Assembly: GCA_963666835.2 (NCBI GenBank)
Contig: CAXXGO010000006.1
Location: 2,336,001 to 2,400,000 of the forward strand
Direction: 5' to 3'
DNA from: Phycisphaerae bacterium
Lineage (GTDB): Bacteria > Planctomycetota > Phycisphaerae > UBA1845
Length of the DNA: 64,000 nt
Shown here: positions 19,853-30,332 of the stretch, piece by piece
How the letters are laid out: the number at the start of each line of letters is the position of its first letter
Numbering within the stretch: position 1 is the first letter of the stretch
The notes under the pieces: model-generated
Database searches by the model: none
What the model was told of the DNA's origin: nothing
The model's input: only the letters and a program-made list of their open reading frames with translations
Translations under genes and position numbers: made by a program

Positions 19853-21430
19853 CTATTGTCTATCAAAGACGTGAATCACGCCAATCTGGGGCACGTACTC
19901 GGACCGGTCGGTTCGCCGGTGAGTGCCGGGTGACGGATTCTGAGTTCCTTCCATGCGAGGGGATACGACCACAATCCGATCGTAGGACGCCATCTGCCGA
20001 GTCAGCATATCGTCGGGGTGATCGCGTAGCAGCACCACGGGAGTGGTTTCGGCGTGTTCCAGTTGGCTAAGGTAGTACGACACGTCGTAGTACATCTGCG
20101 ATACCCAGAACGGCTGCCAGTCGATCGCGTCGAACACCAGCAGACTCGATGAGTTCAGGCGGTCTTCGATCTCCAGCGCGGCAACTCGGCTATGAGGATT
20201 TGACTGGGTGGGCAGTCGTAACGTGGCAACGACCGCGAACATCAATGCCACCATTATGGCAATGCGCGCCGGCCTGGCGAAAGCCGAACCGGCCAGGACC
20301 AGCATGCCGACCAGCCCGGGTGCCAATACAGAGGCATATCTAATGTGCTGCAGCGTTCCCCGAAGCGTTGCTAGATCCAGGGCAATCAACCCCGCCAGGC
20401 CGACGAGATACCATGCGGCGAAGATGGAAGTTCCTGCTACGCGTTGCCGACAGAGAATCCCCAACGTGCCGGTTAGAAGAACCGCGCCGGCAAGCGATCG
20501 GGTGACGCTGACGCTGAACGGCTCGTGCATCAGCAAGAGTCGGATCGGCAGGTCGGCTGCGCGCAGCAACGTCCGCCACACGTGGTCGGGCTGCCCGTCC
20601 AGCAACCACGTGTGCGCCGACGTCAACGCAAGCTGGGCACCGATCGAGCTTCCCCAGGTGATAGCATACACCGCGGCGGCTGCGACGGTTGCCACGCACC
20701 ACGTGCGCAAGACCGGCCCACGAACGCGCCAGGCAACGTAGACCGCCTGGCCAACCAACGGCAGCACGGTGAAGTAATGAGTGAGCAGGGCAAGGTAACA
20801 CGCCAGACCGTGGACGGTTGCCCAGATAACTCGTCGGCGCGGGTCATAAACAGGACCGCAATGGTTCATTCTCACGACGGACCAGAAGCTGATTCCCACC
20901 AGCAGCATACCGAGGCTGTAGGGTCGACACTGCTGCGCCATGTGAATGTGCGAGAAGCTGACGGCCAACACCGCCGCCGCCGCGATGCCGGCGCCTTTGT
21001 GACCGTACGTCTGCAACATTAGCGCGATGGGCAGGACGGACAGGATCGAGAACAACGCCGCAGGGAGTCTGGTTAGAAACTCTGTGTCCCCCGCGATCCT
21101 CCGCCAGCCCTGATGGAGCATGAAGAACAACGGGGGGTGGCTGTCATCGCGCATACCGCGCCAGACGTCCGCCGCTCCGGTGCCCGGCGACAGGTCCGTG
21201 AAACGTGTTACCGCGGGGAGAATGACGCCGTGGGGGAGAGCTTCGGCAGCGGCGCGTTTGGCGGCCGTGGCGGTCAGCGTGTGGATCTCGTCCAGCCAGA
21301 GATCTTCATCGCCAAGCCCGTATAGACGAACGCCCACGGCCAAGAGCAGGACGGCCACTATCGCCAGGGTCGCGTGAAGACGCTCATCGTGGCGGTCCGG
21401 GGCAGATAGGGCGGGGCGAGGTTCAGACAT
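19853..21430 (-). CDS. GT-C membrane glycosyltransferase (family 39/83, PMT/ArnT-like); start uncertain (ORF extends to 21556)
   Basis: LWLDE, HPPLFF, RLPAALFS, RPY, THYF; many transmembrane segments. Confidence 0.85.
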   Translation of the reverse strand: MSEPRPALSAPDRHDERLHATLAIVAVLLLAVGVRLYGLGDEDLWLDEIHTLTATAAKRAAAEALPHGVILPAVTRFTDLSPGTGAADVWRGMRDDSHPPLFFMLHQGWRRIAGDTEFLTRLPAALFSILSVLPIALMLQTYGHKGAGIAAAAVLAVSFSHIHMAQQCRPYSLGMLLVGISFWSVVRMNHCGPVYDPRRRVIWATVHGLACYLALLTHYFTVLPLVGQAVYVAWRVRGPVLRTWCVATVAAAAVYAITWGSSIGAQLALTSAHTWLLDGQPDHVWRTLLRAADLPIRLLLMHEPFSVSVTRSLAGAVLLTGTLGILCRQRVAGTSIFAAWYLVGLAGLIALDLATLRGTLQHIRYASVLAPGLVGMLVLAGSAFARPARIAIMVALMFAVVATLRLPTQSNPHSRVAALEIEDRLNSSSLLVFDAIDWQPFWVSQMYYDVSYYLSQLEHAETTPVVLLRDHPDDMLTRQMASYDRIVVVSPRMEGTQNPSPGTHRRTDRSEYVPQIGVIHVFDRQ

Positions 21431-21552
21431 GTCGCGTACTCGATGACTGCATTGATCGGCTGGCCCGTCGGGGGATTGCGAGGGATGGCGAGTCCGTCCG
21501 ATCAGATGTTCCATGCTCCTTGCGCGGAAGAGAAGGGGGGAGAATGCGCGGA

Positions 21553-22179
21553 TCACGGAACATCATCTTTGCCGATACTCCCGTCGGAACCATCGTGTAG
21601 TAAGCTCTCCAGCAACTCCGTCAGTCGCTTGTGCAGTTGGTCATCACTGGTGACAACGTGATCTGCCCGGCTACGCTTCGTCGCAATAGGCATCTGCGTG
21701 GCCTCTCGGCGGGCCAGCTCTTGTTCGTCCCACCCCCGTGGACGCACTCGCGCGAGCCGGGTGGCAAGATCCGCGTCAAGAAAGACGACGCAGTCGCACA
21801 CCGCATCCAAACCGGCCTCGAGGAGCATCGGGGCGTCAATGGCCAGAGCGCACCCTGCATTGCGCGCCGTGGCAATGCTGAGTTGGCGTTCGACCGCCGC
21901 CAGGACCCTTGGCCAGAGCAACCCTTCCAGCCGCCCAAGGAGCCGAGGGTCTCCAAACACCTGTTTGGCCAACGTCTTGCGGTCAACTTGGCCGTTTACG
22001 ACGGTTCCCGGCCACCATTGCCCGATCATCTCAACGACTGCGGCCGTCGCCAGCTCTTGATGCACGATGGCGTCGGCATCGATAACTTCCACGCCGAGGT
22101 CCCGGAGGATTCCGGCGGCCGTTGACTTCCCGGCGCCGATTCCGCCGACCAGACCGATGATGGGCTTCTTACGAGTCAC
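21553..22179 (-). CDS. coaE: Dephospho-CoA kinase
   Basis: IGLVGGIGAGKS, IDAD, DRKTLA, DAPMLLE, REATQ. Confidence 0.94.
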   Translation of the reverse strand: MTRKKPIIGLVGGIGAGKSTAAGILRDLGVEVIDADAIVHQELATAAVVEMIGQWWPGTVVNGQVDRKTLAKQVFGDPRLLGRLEGLLWPRVLAAVERQLSIATARNAGCALAIDAPMLLEAGLDAVCDCVVFLDADLATRLARVRPRGWDEQELARREATQMPIATKRSRADHVVTSDDQLHKRLTELLESLLHDGSDGSIGKDDVP

Positions 22180-22774
22180 CCGACAGCACTCCAATCTCGC
22201 GGTTCAGATTACTCCGGGCTCTTTTCTCGAAGCGCTCGTGCAGCAGCGGAGTCCGGAAGATCGAATCACGGCTGAGAAACCTGCGCAACACCGCCAGCCG
22301 CCCGGCTCGATACTCGTCATCCCCCACGAAGTGGAACTCCTCGCGGATCTGGCTCGCGTACTCGTCGTATCGGCTCGGCACACTACCGAGGATCGCCAGA
22401 TCAACATCGACTATCAGGCGTTCGTCGCCCTCCACATCTTCGCGGTTGTGCTCGGTGGCTATGATCATCCGTTTTACCGGTTCAGCCAAGGGCTCCTCGC
22501 CGAGCTCCTTTAGCATCATACCGGCCATCTGGGCGCTTCGCCGCTCACAATCCCCTTGGGTGGGATGGTAGACAATGTCGTGCAGCCAGATGGCAAACTC
22601 CAGCGCTCGAGGCGATCGGGCTGATTCGGCGATTTCGTCGAAGAGGGCGAGGCACTCGCCGATATGACGGAGATTGTGGTGCCCAGGCCGGTCATACAAT
22701 CGGTGGATTCGCACGAAGCATCCTCTGGCGATTTCGTCGCTCCGACCGCAGAGCCTGAGCCATCTATCTTCCAT
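22169..22774 (-). CDS. HD-superfamily metal-dependent phosphohydrolase (COG4339-like)
   Basis: HHNLRHI, AIWLHDIVY, ERRSA, DVDLAILG, IREEF, ARSNL. Confidence 0.85.
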   Translation of the reverse strand: MEDRWLRLCGRSDEIARGCFVRIHRLYDRPGHHNLRHIGECLALFDEIAESARSPRALEFAIWLHDIVYHPTQGDCERRSAQMAGMMLKELGEEPLAEPVKRMIIATEHNREDVEGDERLIVDVDLAILGSVPSRYDEYASQIREEFHFVGDDEYRAGRLAVLRRFLSRDSIFRTPLLHERFEKRARSNLNREIGVLSGDS

Positions 22775-23291
22775 GATGCTCCACCAAATACTCGAAGACA
22801 CACCCAGGCAGATACCGGCTAACGACCTCAGGCCATCCCTTGGGGCCTATCATCCCCTTGACCACGCTCGAGCTGACCTCGCAGAGTTCGCGCGGCGGCA
22901 TTAGAAAGACCGTGCCGATTCCCGCGTGCAGGTCGGCGTTTATATGCCTCATCGTTCGCTCGTAAGTGTAATCCGTTTCATTCCGAATGCCGCGCAACAT
23001 CACGGACCCGCCGATGGACTCAGTATACTGGGCCAAAAAGAGATTCTCGAACGTGTCGACTCGGACTTCGGGAGTTCGTCCGGCACCGTTCGACAGCTCG
23101 GCAACCACGTCCTCGACAATCTTGCCGAGCCATTCAACGCGCTGTTCAACCGGAAAGGTGCATCGCTTCTCTGCGTTCAACCCCACCGAGACCACGAGTC
23201 GGTTGAACAGCTTAGCCCCTTCACGGATCATCCAGATGTGCCCGTTAGTGGGCGGGTCGAAACTTCCGGCATACACCGCCAGTCCGGACAT
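22764..23291 (-). CDS. coaD: Phosphopantetheine adenylyltransferase
   Basis: AVYAGSFDPPTNGH, LRGIR, EVSSSVVK; AGGAG RBS. Confidence 0.95.
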   Translation of the reverse strand: MSGLAVYAGSFDPPTNGHIWMIREGAKLFNRLVVSVGLNAEKRCTFPVEQRVEWLGKIVEDVVAELSNGAGRTPEVRVDTFENLFLAQYTESIGGSVMLRGIRNETDYTYERTMRHINADLHAGIGTVFLMPPRELCEVSSSVVKGMIGPKGWPEVVSRYLPGCVFEYLVEHHGR

Positions 23292-23402
23292 CGCTATGCT
23301 CCTGCTCCGCGTCCGTCTAAGGCCAAGAATCAAACTCCGATGAGGCCGAATCGCCTTCAACGCAATCCAGCATACCGCCTGCCGATCAGCTTCGGAAGCG
23401 CC

Positions 23403-23447
23403 GGGTGTCGGGTGCCGGGTGCCATGGCCCACGCTTGCGTGGCCATG
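23403..23447. repeat. Intergenic palindrome preceded by three 7-bp GGGTGYC units
   Basis: gggtgtc-gggtgcc-gggtgcc, then catggcccacgc-tt-gcgtggccatg hairpin. Confidence 0.5.
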
Positions 23448-23633
23448 AAGGTCTGCGATTTCCGCTACGCGCAATGGTTCTGATCCTGGCAGGCAACCGT
23501 GCCGTAATCCGTCCCGAGGGGACGTAAGCACGTAGCTACGGGTGGAGTGCAACGGAACCTGTGGGTAGGGTCCGCCGCCGCAGGCCTCCCATCCCCTTGT
23601 CGCCGGCGCCGAATCCATCTAAGCTCGCCGTTG

Positions 23634-25163
23634 ATGTTACGGCGTCGAAAGATACTCGTTGCGGTGTGCGTTGCGCTCATTCCAGGGTCGATTGCCGCGG
23701 CGCTGGGGTTTGCTCTGCACCTGCGCAGCGCTTCCTATCGAGAGTCTCTGGCCGCGAGGCTCAGCGAGCGACTGGGCATGTCGGTGGAGATCGGTCGCAT
23801 CCGCCCGCTTTCGCTGCAGAGTAAGGCCTTGGAACGCGTTTCCGTGTCGTTGGGCAACGGAGGCGATCAAGTCTTCGCCGGTAATCGTGTGGTCTGGAGT
23901 ACGATGGAGGGGCGAGGCTCCCGGCGGTACGTCCTCGACCTGGCCGACGGCTGGCTGAAGGTCGGTAGCCGGGCTTGGACCGCGATTGAGTACCAACGTC
24001 TGCTGTCCGGCGGGTTCCGACACGATTTCGTGACGATGGGCCTTGCGGAGGTCCGTCTCAAAGATATCGATCTGCGTTTCACGCATCCCTCCATGGACTT
24101 TCGGGCGGGCGGGAGCTCCGGGCTCGTTCTGTTCGAAGAGGACGGCACCGGACAGGCCGCGCTCAACTGCACCCGTCTCAACGGTGTACAAGTTGCTGAA
24201 CCGATCAACATCGCGGCACGTTTCATTCCCGGCGAGCAATGGAAGATGCAGGAGATCCGTCTTGCGGTGCCGACCATCGCGGTCGGGGCTCTCGGGATTG
24301 AGAACCTCCTGCGCCACGAGGTCTCTTCCGGCGAGTTCGCCGGATCGGTGGTCTGCCGCGAGACGCCCGGCGGAACCGTGCTGAGCGTTGAGGGGGCCTT
24401 GCTCGGGGCGAAACTCGACGATTTTACCACCCAACTGCCCGGCGGTCCGTACCATGGAACGCTTGACATTGATGTGGACGAGGCCGTGATTGCCCGACGC
24501 GCGCTTCGGAAACTGGATGCCCACGGTCGGCTCTCCGGGGTGCGTCTCGACCAGGTTCTACCGCGGCTGGCCCGGGCGGCAACTGCCGCTCCGTTGACCG
24601 TGCAGGTGGATCAGGTGCGCGTGCTGGACGGCCGCCTGGCGTATCTCAGCGCCCGGGCCCAGTGCAACGATGTTCCCACGGAAGCGCTATCGACGTTACT
24701 GGGGCACGGGACGATTACCGGTTCCGCCCGACTCAACGTGGCATCGTTGACGGTCGTCGACGAGGTTCTACGTTACGCCGACGTCACAATTGCGGTTGTA
24801 CCCCCGCCCGATGCTCCGGGGCTGATCGATCGCCAGCTAATCGGCAAAGCCGCCCAGGCGTGGCTGGGCATGGACGTGGCCGCGGCCTTCCCTGAGCAGG
24901 TTGAATACACTCAGCTCGGTGTACGTTTGGTTCTTGACGAAGGTGAGCTGGAGGTGCTCGGAACGCACGGGTTGCAGGGGCGGGCGATACTCACGATCAA
25001 GCTCCTCGGCCGCGAATGGGAGGCCGTTTCGCAGCCCGATCAGACATTTGAGGTGCCGGACCTGCTGGCCCTGCTACGTAGCCGAGCGGAGGATCTGGAG
25101 TTAGAGGAGGTTCGCTCGTGGTGGGAGTGGCTGCACGCCGAGGATTCGTCCACCCCCGAATAA
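23634..25163 (+). CDS. Hypothetical membrane-anchored beta-rich protein (possibly AsmA-like)
   Basis: Long ORF with an N-terminal TM anchor and alternating hydrophobic beta pattern. Confidence 0.6.
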   Translation: MLRRRKILVAVCVALIPGSIAAALGFALHLRSASYRESLAARLSERLGMSVEIGRIRPLSLQSKALERVSVSLGNGGDQVFAGNRVVWSTMEGRGSRRYVLDLADGWLKVGSRAWTAIEYQRLLSGGFRHDFVTMGLAEVRLKDIDLRFTHPSMDFRAGGSSGLVLFEEDGTGQAALNCTRLNGVQVAEPINIAARFIPGEQWKMQEIRLAVPTIAVGALGIENLLRHEVSSGEFAGSVVCRETPGGTVLSVEGALLGAKLDDFTTQLPGGPYHGTLDIDVDEAVIARRALRKLDAHGRLSGVRLDQVLPRLARAATAAPLTVQVDQVRVLDGRLAYLSARAQCNDVPTEALSTLLGHGTITGSARLNVASLTVVDEVLRYADVTIAVVPPPDAPGLIDRQLIGKAAQAWLGMDVAAAFPEQVEYTQLGVRLVLDEGELEVLGTHGLQGRAILTIKLLGREWEAVSQPDQTFEVPDLLALLRSRAEDLELEEVRSWWEWLHAEDSSTPE

Positions 25164-25497
25164 CGAGCTATCCAGCTCCAGGGTTTCTCATTCGATTGTC
25201 GCCCGCACGCGCGCCGGACCGCCACTTTGGGCTGGATAATCCGCCCCACGGAAATTCCCTTATATTGAACGCGACATCCTTCCGTGAATGGCCGATAAAC
25301 ACGACGCCAAGATGTATCGGTGAAGGGTAGGTAGGTGGAACGGGAGTATCCGAATCGGAGGACGCCTAAGTCTCCGATTGTGATGCGGCCGGTGGATACC
25401 GCCTTCCGATCGAAGGTGGCCTCCCCGTCGTCCCTCTTTCACTGCTACGAACCTGCACCGCGGTCGGTCATAACCTCCATACCACGAAAGCGCGAAG

Positions 25498-26982
25498 ATG
25501 GAATCACAAGGTGATTCGGTCAGGAGAGCCCTACGGTGGGCGGAGTGGTGCGGTGGCGTTACGGCTGTGCTGTTCACCGTGCTGGGCAACCCGATGGAAT
25601 GGGGGGGCGTCGTTCTGATTCTCTGCAGCGGCGTTGCATTTGTGGGGATGTGCCGGGCTCTGCGCAGTCGCATCGATGCAAAGGCCATCGCGGAACGCTC
25701 CAACCAGATGTTGGTCGATGCGCTCCGCGAGGCGTTGCGGGTGGAGCAGTGTCTGGTAGAGGACCTGAAGGAGGCCCGAGCCGAAGCGGAGCAGGTTGCC
25801 CGATTCAAAGACGAGTTCCTGGCCAACATGAGCCATGAAATCCGCACGCCGATGACTGCTATCCTCGGTTTCTCCGAAGCCCTGCTCGACCCCACCTCGT
25901 CCGACCTCGAGAGGTTGGAGGCCAGCAGGACGATCCATCGCAACGGGCGGCATTTGCTGACGCTGGTTAACGATATTCTCGACCTCTCCAAGATCGAGGC
26001 GGGGCGATTGGAGATCGAACGGACGATATGCTACCCGCGGCGGATCCTCCGCGACGTGCGCGACCTGTTAGGACCGCGCGCCGACCGGAAGAACCTCACG
26101 CTCGCCGTGGAACTGGCGACGCCCATACCGGAGTACATCCAGAGCGACCCGGTGCGGATCAGGCAGGCCTTGGTCAACTTGACGTCCAACGCCGTGAAGT
26201 TTACCGAGTGCGGCACAGTGCGTGTTGTCGCCCAAAGCGACCCCGCCAGGGAGACGCTTACCTTCAGGGTAATTGACGAGGGAATCGGTCTGTCATCCGA
26301 ACAGATCAGCCGTCTCTTTCAGCCGTTCGTTCAAGCGGACGCAGCTACCGCGCGAAAGCACGGCGGCACCGGACTCGGGCTCGCAATTACGAAACGCCTT
26401 GCCGAACTCCTCGGCGGGGGCGTGACCGTAGAGAGCGAGCCGGGCAAAGGTAGTGTGTTTGTTATGACCATTTCAACCGGTCCGCTGGACGGGGTCGAGA
26501 TGATCGACAGGATCGAGGACCGGCACATGTCGGTCGGGTCCTCGGAAGATCGCGATCCTCTGCCGGCTCTGGTGGGGCGCGTGCTCCTCGTCGAAGATAG
26601 CTGCGATATTCAACGGCTTATCGCCCTGGTGCTGCGAAAGGCCGGAGCGGAAGTGACCGTCGTCGAGAATGGGAAGCTCGGGGTCGACGCGGCTCTGGCG
26701 GCGCGCGCGGACGAGTGCCCGTTTGATGTCATTCTCATGGACATGCAGATGCCGGTTATGGACGGCTACACGGCCGCGCGGGCGTTACGCGAAAACGAAT
26801 ACGAGGGTCAGATCATCGCGTTAACGGCTCGCGCCATGAAAGGTGAGTGCGAAGAATGCCTGGCGGCCGGTTGTGACCATTACCTGTCAAAGCCGATTGA
26901 CCGCAAACTCCTGGTTCGCGAGATCGCAGCCCGGTTGGGACGAGTGTCGACGAACACGCCGAGTTCGTGCTGTCTCCAATAA
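25498..26982 (+). CDS. Hybrid sensor histidine kinase/response regulator
   Basis: FLANMSHEIRTPM, NAVKFT, DEGIG, GGTGLGL; receiver LLVED...LMDMQMP...SKP. Confidence 0.96.
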   Translation: MESQGDSVRRALRWAEWCGGVTAVLFTVLGNPMEWGGVVLILCSGVAFVGMCRALRSRIDAKAIAERSNQMLVDALREALRVEQCLVEDLKEARAEAEQVARFKDEFLANMSHEIRTPMTAILGFSEALLDPTSSDLERLEASRTIHRNGRHLLTLVNDILDLSKIEAGRLEIERTICYPRRILRDVRDLLGPRADRKNLTLAVELATPIPEYIQSDPVRIRQALVNLTSNAVKFTECGTVRVVAQSDPARETLTFRVIDEGIGLSSEQISRLFQPFVQADAATARKHGGTGLGLAITKRLAELLGGGVTVESEPGKGSVFVMTISTGPLDGVEMIDRIEDRHMSVGSSEDRDPLPALVGRVLLVEDSCDIQRLIALVLRKAGAEVTVVENGKLGVDAALAARADECPFDVILMDMQMPVMDGYTAARALRENEYEGQIIALTARAMKGECEECLAAGCDHYLSKPIDRKLLVREIAARLGRVSTNTPSSCCLQ

Positions 26983-27045
26983 GCCGAAAAGGAAAGGGAT
27001 GGTCCCCCAGCCACCCCGAGAATCGTCCTTCTCCCGCTGCGTCCC

Positions 27046-27507
27046 CCACGTTGTTCTACACATCGTTCGACGCATCCACCAACTGTAACCGTTCGACTTT
27101 CGATCTCGATTATCCAGCCCGAAGGGCTCAAATGAAGTAGCCGGGGGCAAGTCCGCCATCGGCGGACGCCGCCCCCGGACGCGCTCCCCGCAACCAGTCT
27201 GACCCTGAAAGGGTCAAGTGCCTTCGGCGAATGTGCTTTGCGAGGCCGCCACGCCTTTCGACGCATTTTGAAACAGCCCGGGTAGCTGAAACAAACGCGC
27301 GGTTCATAGACGCCGTCTCTTTCACCCTGTCAGGGTGATTGGGATTGTTGGGACCCCACCCGGGGGCGGCGGCCGCTACGCGGCCTTGCCCCCGGCTACT
27401 GTCTTACAGGCTTTCAGCCTGAAGAATGAGCCGGCCTGCAGCTTGCCAGGCTGGGGAATGCGTCGCCGCGCAGTCGGACGACTACGCTCGTCTTGCCCGG
27501 CAAAGAT
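27046..27507 (+). mobile_element. MITE-like fold-back element, copy A (right TIR missing)
   Basis: Left end ccacgttgttctacacatc; colinear with copies at 42115 and 44241; homology stops at ggcaaagat. Confidence 0.8.
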
Positions 27508-27515
27508 TTATAGCC

Positions 27516-27652
27516 GGGTGCCCCATCCATCCCGGCGTTTGCCGGACTGGAACAGCAGCGCCGACTCGCCGCCGGGATGGGTGGGGAAGGGACAATAACC
27601 CGAGGGGGATTCGCATTTCGCAGTCGACTTCCCACCCTTTGTCTGAGGCCTG
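27516..27652 (+). repeat. Family-2 palindromic element (GGGTGCCCC-headed), partial copy
   Basis: Aligns along its length with 39974-40110. Confidence 0.75.
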
Positions 27653-27681
27653 AACCGTGTGCCGTCCCTTTGCCCCCTTGC

Positions 27682-28338
27682 TTAATCCGACGGCAACCCG
27701 CTCAGGCTCTCGTTCGAGCCCACGAGAACCAGGATGTCATCAGCCAGAATGGCCGTGTTGGCGGCGGGGACGATGATCGTCGGTTTCTCGTCCGTGCGCC
27801 GCTCAATCGCGATCAGGTTGACCCCGTATTCGTTCCGCAGATCGAGCTGTTTGAGCGTTTTATCGTGGAACCGGCTGGGGGCGGACGCGTAGATCATGCT
27901 GTGCTCGTCGCCGAGTTCAATATACCTCGTCAGGTTCGGCAGCATCAGACGATGAGCCCATCTGAACGCAGACTCTCGTTCGGGGAGCGCAACTTCGTCG
28001 GCACCGACCCGTGTGAGGATCTTGGCCTGGATGTCGGTCTGGGCGCGGGCGATGATTCTCCGCACACCGAGTTCCTTCAGTGTGGCCACCGTCAACGCGG
28101 CATCTTCGAAATCCTCGCCGATGCCGGCGATGGCGACGTCGACATCCGCGATTCCGTGCATCTTGAGAGCTTCGCTGTCGGTACTATCGAGGCGCACGGC
28201 CAGAGTCACTTCGTCGCGAATCTGTTCTACGAGCTGCGCATCGCGATCTATGGCGATTACTTCGGCGTCGGCCGCAGTGAGCGCCCTTGCGAGACGTTGG
28301 CCGAATCTGCCCAACCCTATTACGGCAAATCGCTGCAT
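27682..28338 (-). CDS. trkA: Trk/Ktr potassium uptake regulatory subunit (TrkA/KtrA, RCK)
   Basis: FAVIGLGRFG, TrkA-N and TrkA-C domains. Confidence 0.94.
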   Translation of the reverse strand: MQRFAVIGLGRFGQRLARALTAADAEVIAIDRDAQLVEQIRDEVTLAVRLDSTDSEALKMHGIADVDVAIAGIGEDFEDAALTVATLKELGVRRIIARAQTDIQAKILTRVGADEVALPERESAFRWAHRLMLPNLTRYIELGDEHSMIYASAPSRFHDKTLKQLDLRNEYGVNLIAIERRTDEKPTIIVPAANTAILADDILVLVGSNESLSGLPSD

Positions 28339-28368
28339 GATAGTATCACCTAATCAGAGCGTCCGCTT

Positions 28369-30213
28369 CTATCCGATTCCCACATGCTCCGTCGGGAAGT
28401 CGTAGCAGGATGTTCGCGTAGACCCGGCCAACGCAATCAACACGGTCAACGGTCCGAGTCGCCCGGCGAACATTGCTATCATGATGACGAGTCTACCGGT
28501 GACCGTCAAATCGGGCGTTAAGCCTGTGGACAAGCCTACCGTGCCACACGCTGACACCGACTCGAACCATGCCTCGCGCAAGGAAGTCGATTCCGTGTAA
28601 CAAAGCACTACGGTGGAGAGCGCAACGGTCGCAAACATCAACACCGTTACGACGGCCGCCCGCCTGACGACAATGTCGGGAATCGTCCGCCCGAAAGCCT
28701 CGACATTGCGCCGCCCGCGAAGGGTCGACCAGACGCCGAGCAGCAGAACAGCTAAGCCTACGGTCTTGATTCCGCCGGCGGTCGAGGCCGGAGACCCGCC
28801 GATGAACATCAAGATCCCGCTGAGGAAATGGGTACCCGGCGAAAGGGACTCACTGTCCATCAGCACGGTATTGAACCCGGCCGTTCGACACGTAACGGAG
28901 AGGAACAGAGCGTCCAGAAACCTGCCCGGAGCCGATGCCGACGGACCCGCCGGTTCCAGGAGGAGGAACCCCAGAGTGGGCAGGACGATCAGCCACGCCG
29001 TGGTGACCAGCACAAGCTTCGTGTGCAGGGTGAATCGGTAGGGCGTCAACGCTGTGGAAGTGAGGGCAATCCCGCGGCGCTGAGCCAGTCGGCGGCGGAT
29101 TCCGGCTAGAATAGCGCGCTGCAGATCGCTGAGAACCGGGAACCCCAGCCCGCCCACGATAATCAACGGCATGATTGAACCATACACTTGCCATGAGCGG
29201 TTAAATGTCACCATGCTGTCGGAAGGGAGGGCGAACCCCGCGTTGCAGAAAGCGCTGACCGCGTGAAACACGCTCTGATACACACGCTGTCCGGGGGGAA
29301 GAGACCCATCCCACATTGAATACAAGACCAACGCACCGATTGCCTCCGCTGCGAAAGTGAACACCACGATGAAAACGATCAGCGTTCGCATCTGACCGAG
29401 GGTGCGATGGCTGAGGGCATCTTGCAGGACTAACGACTGCCGCAAAGACAACTGCCGGCCGACCAGCAGCCCCAGAACACTGCCGAAGATCATTATGCCC
29501 AGCCCCCCGGCTTGGATCAGAACCAGAATCACGATCTGTCCGAACAGGGTGTAGTCGTTTCCGGTGTCGTACACGACCAGGCCGGTAACGCATGTCGCAC
29601 TAGTGGCAGTGAAGAAGCTGTTCAGGATGTGCTGCGGGACCGAGGCGGCGTGGGCCCGCGCGCGCGGATGGGTCGCCTTCGGCAACGATAGGGCGAGCCC
29701 GCCCAGGACGATCAGGATGATGAACGTGATTGCTAAAGAACGTGCCGGGTGCAGCCGGCTGCGCGACAACATCAGGTTGAGTCGCGCGGCCGCTATCAAC
29801 AGTCGACTCACCAGGAGAATCTGCATTGCGGCCACGTACGATGCGGAGACCTTCAACGCCGGAGTCGCGACCCGGTCCGACCCGACGGCCAGGAGGAACA
29901 CTACGCCGAGCAGCAACAAGCCGTCCGCCCAACAGGCCCGCAACGCCCGCCACCGCTTGCCGGATGTGATGATCGTGTAACCTCGGGAGACCGCGTAGAC
30001 GACAATTGCAGAGGTCTGCACTGCTACCAACACACCAATCGGCAACGGTGGCTCGTCGTACCCGAATTCCAGAGCCAGGGAGATTACGGCCATTAGCGCG
30101 AACACCACGACTGCTACCGTCAGGCTCTTGTGACGTCGTACGCGCGCCCGGGCCGCGGCCGAGTTATCTCGCCGACCGGGAAGGGGGGGCAACTTGGTTG
30201 AGGTCCGATCCAT
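28369..30213 (-). CDS. trkH: Trk/Ktr potassium uptake membrane subunit (TrkH/KtrB) with N-terminal TM extension
   Basis: SATCVTGL, SAFCNAGF, CRTAGFN, STAGGIK, SACGTVGLS pore motifs. Confidence 0.94.
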   Translation of the reverse strand: MDRTSTKLPPLPGRRDNSAAARARVRRHKSLTVAVVVFALMAVISLALEFGYDEPPLPIGVLVAVQTSAIVVYAVSRGYTIITSGKRWRALRACWADGLLLLGVVFLLAVGSDRVATPALKVSASYVAAMQILLVSRLLIAAARLNLMLSRSRLHPARSLAITFIILIVLGGLALSLPKATHPRARAHAASVPQHILNSFFTATSATCVTGLVVYDTGNDYTLFGQIVILVLIQAGGLGIMIFGSVLGLLVGRQLSLRQSLVLQDALSHRTLGQMRTLIVFIVVFTFAAEAIGALVLYSMWDGSLPPGQRVYQSVFHAVSAFCNAGFALPSDSMVTFNRSWQVYGSIMPLIIVGGLGFPVLSDLQRAILAGIRRRLAQRRGIALTSTALTPYRFTLHTKLVLVTTAWLIVLPTLGFLLLEPAGPSASAPGRFLDALFLSVTCRTAGFNTVLMDSESLSPGTHFLSGILMFIGGSPASTAGGIKTVGLAVLLLGVWSTLRGRRNVEAFGRTIPDIVVRRAAVVTVLMFATVALSTVVLCYTESTSLREAWFESVSACGTVGLSTGLTPDLTVTGRLVIMIAMFAGRLGPLTVLIALAGSTRTSCYDFPTEHVGIG

Positions 30214-30332
30214 CGCTGTTTGGGTGCCGCCGAAAGCGACCCCCTTCACAGAGGACGCTCGTATCGAGCGGCTGCCCGTTTATGCTCCCAACGTCATCGG
30301 CGGCCCCCCGGTCCCTTTTCCTCAGCAGCCTG

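Noticed and set aside
25290..25297. Sigma-28 -10 box GCCGATAA upstream of the hybrid kinase
   Set aside because: No TAAA/TCAAG -35 element at the expected distance
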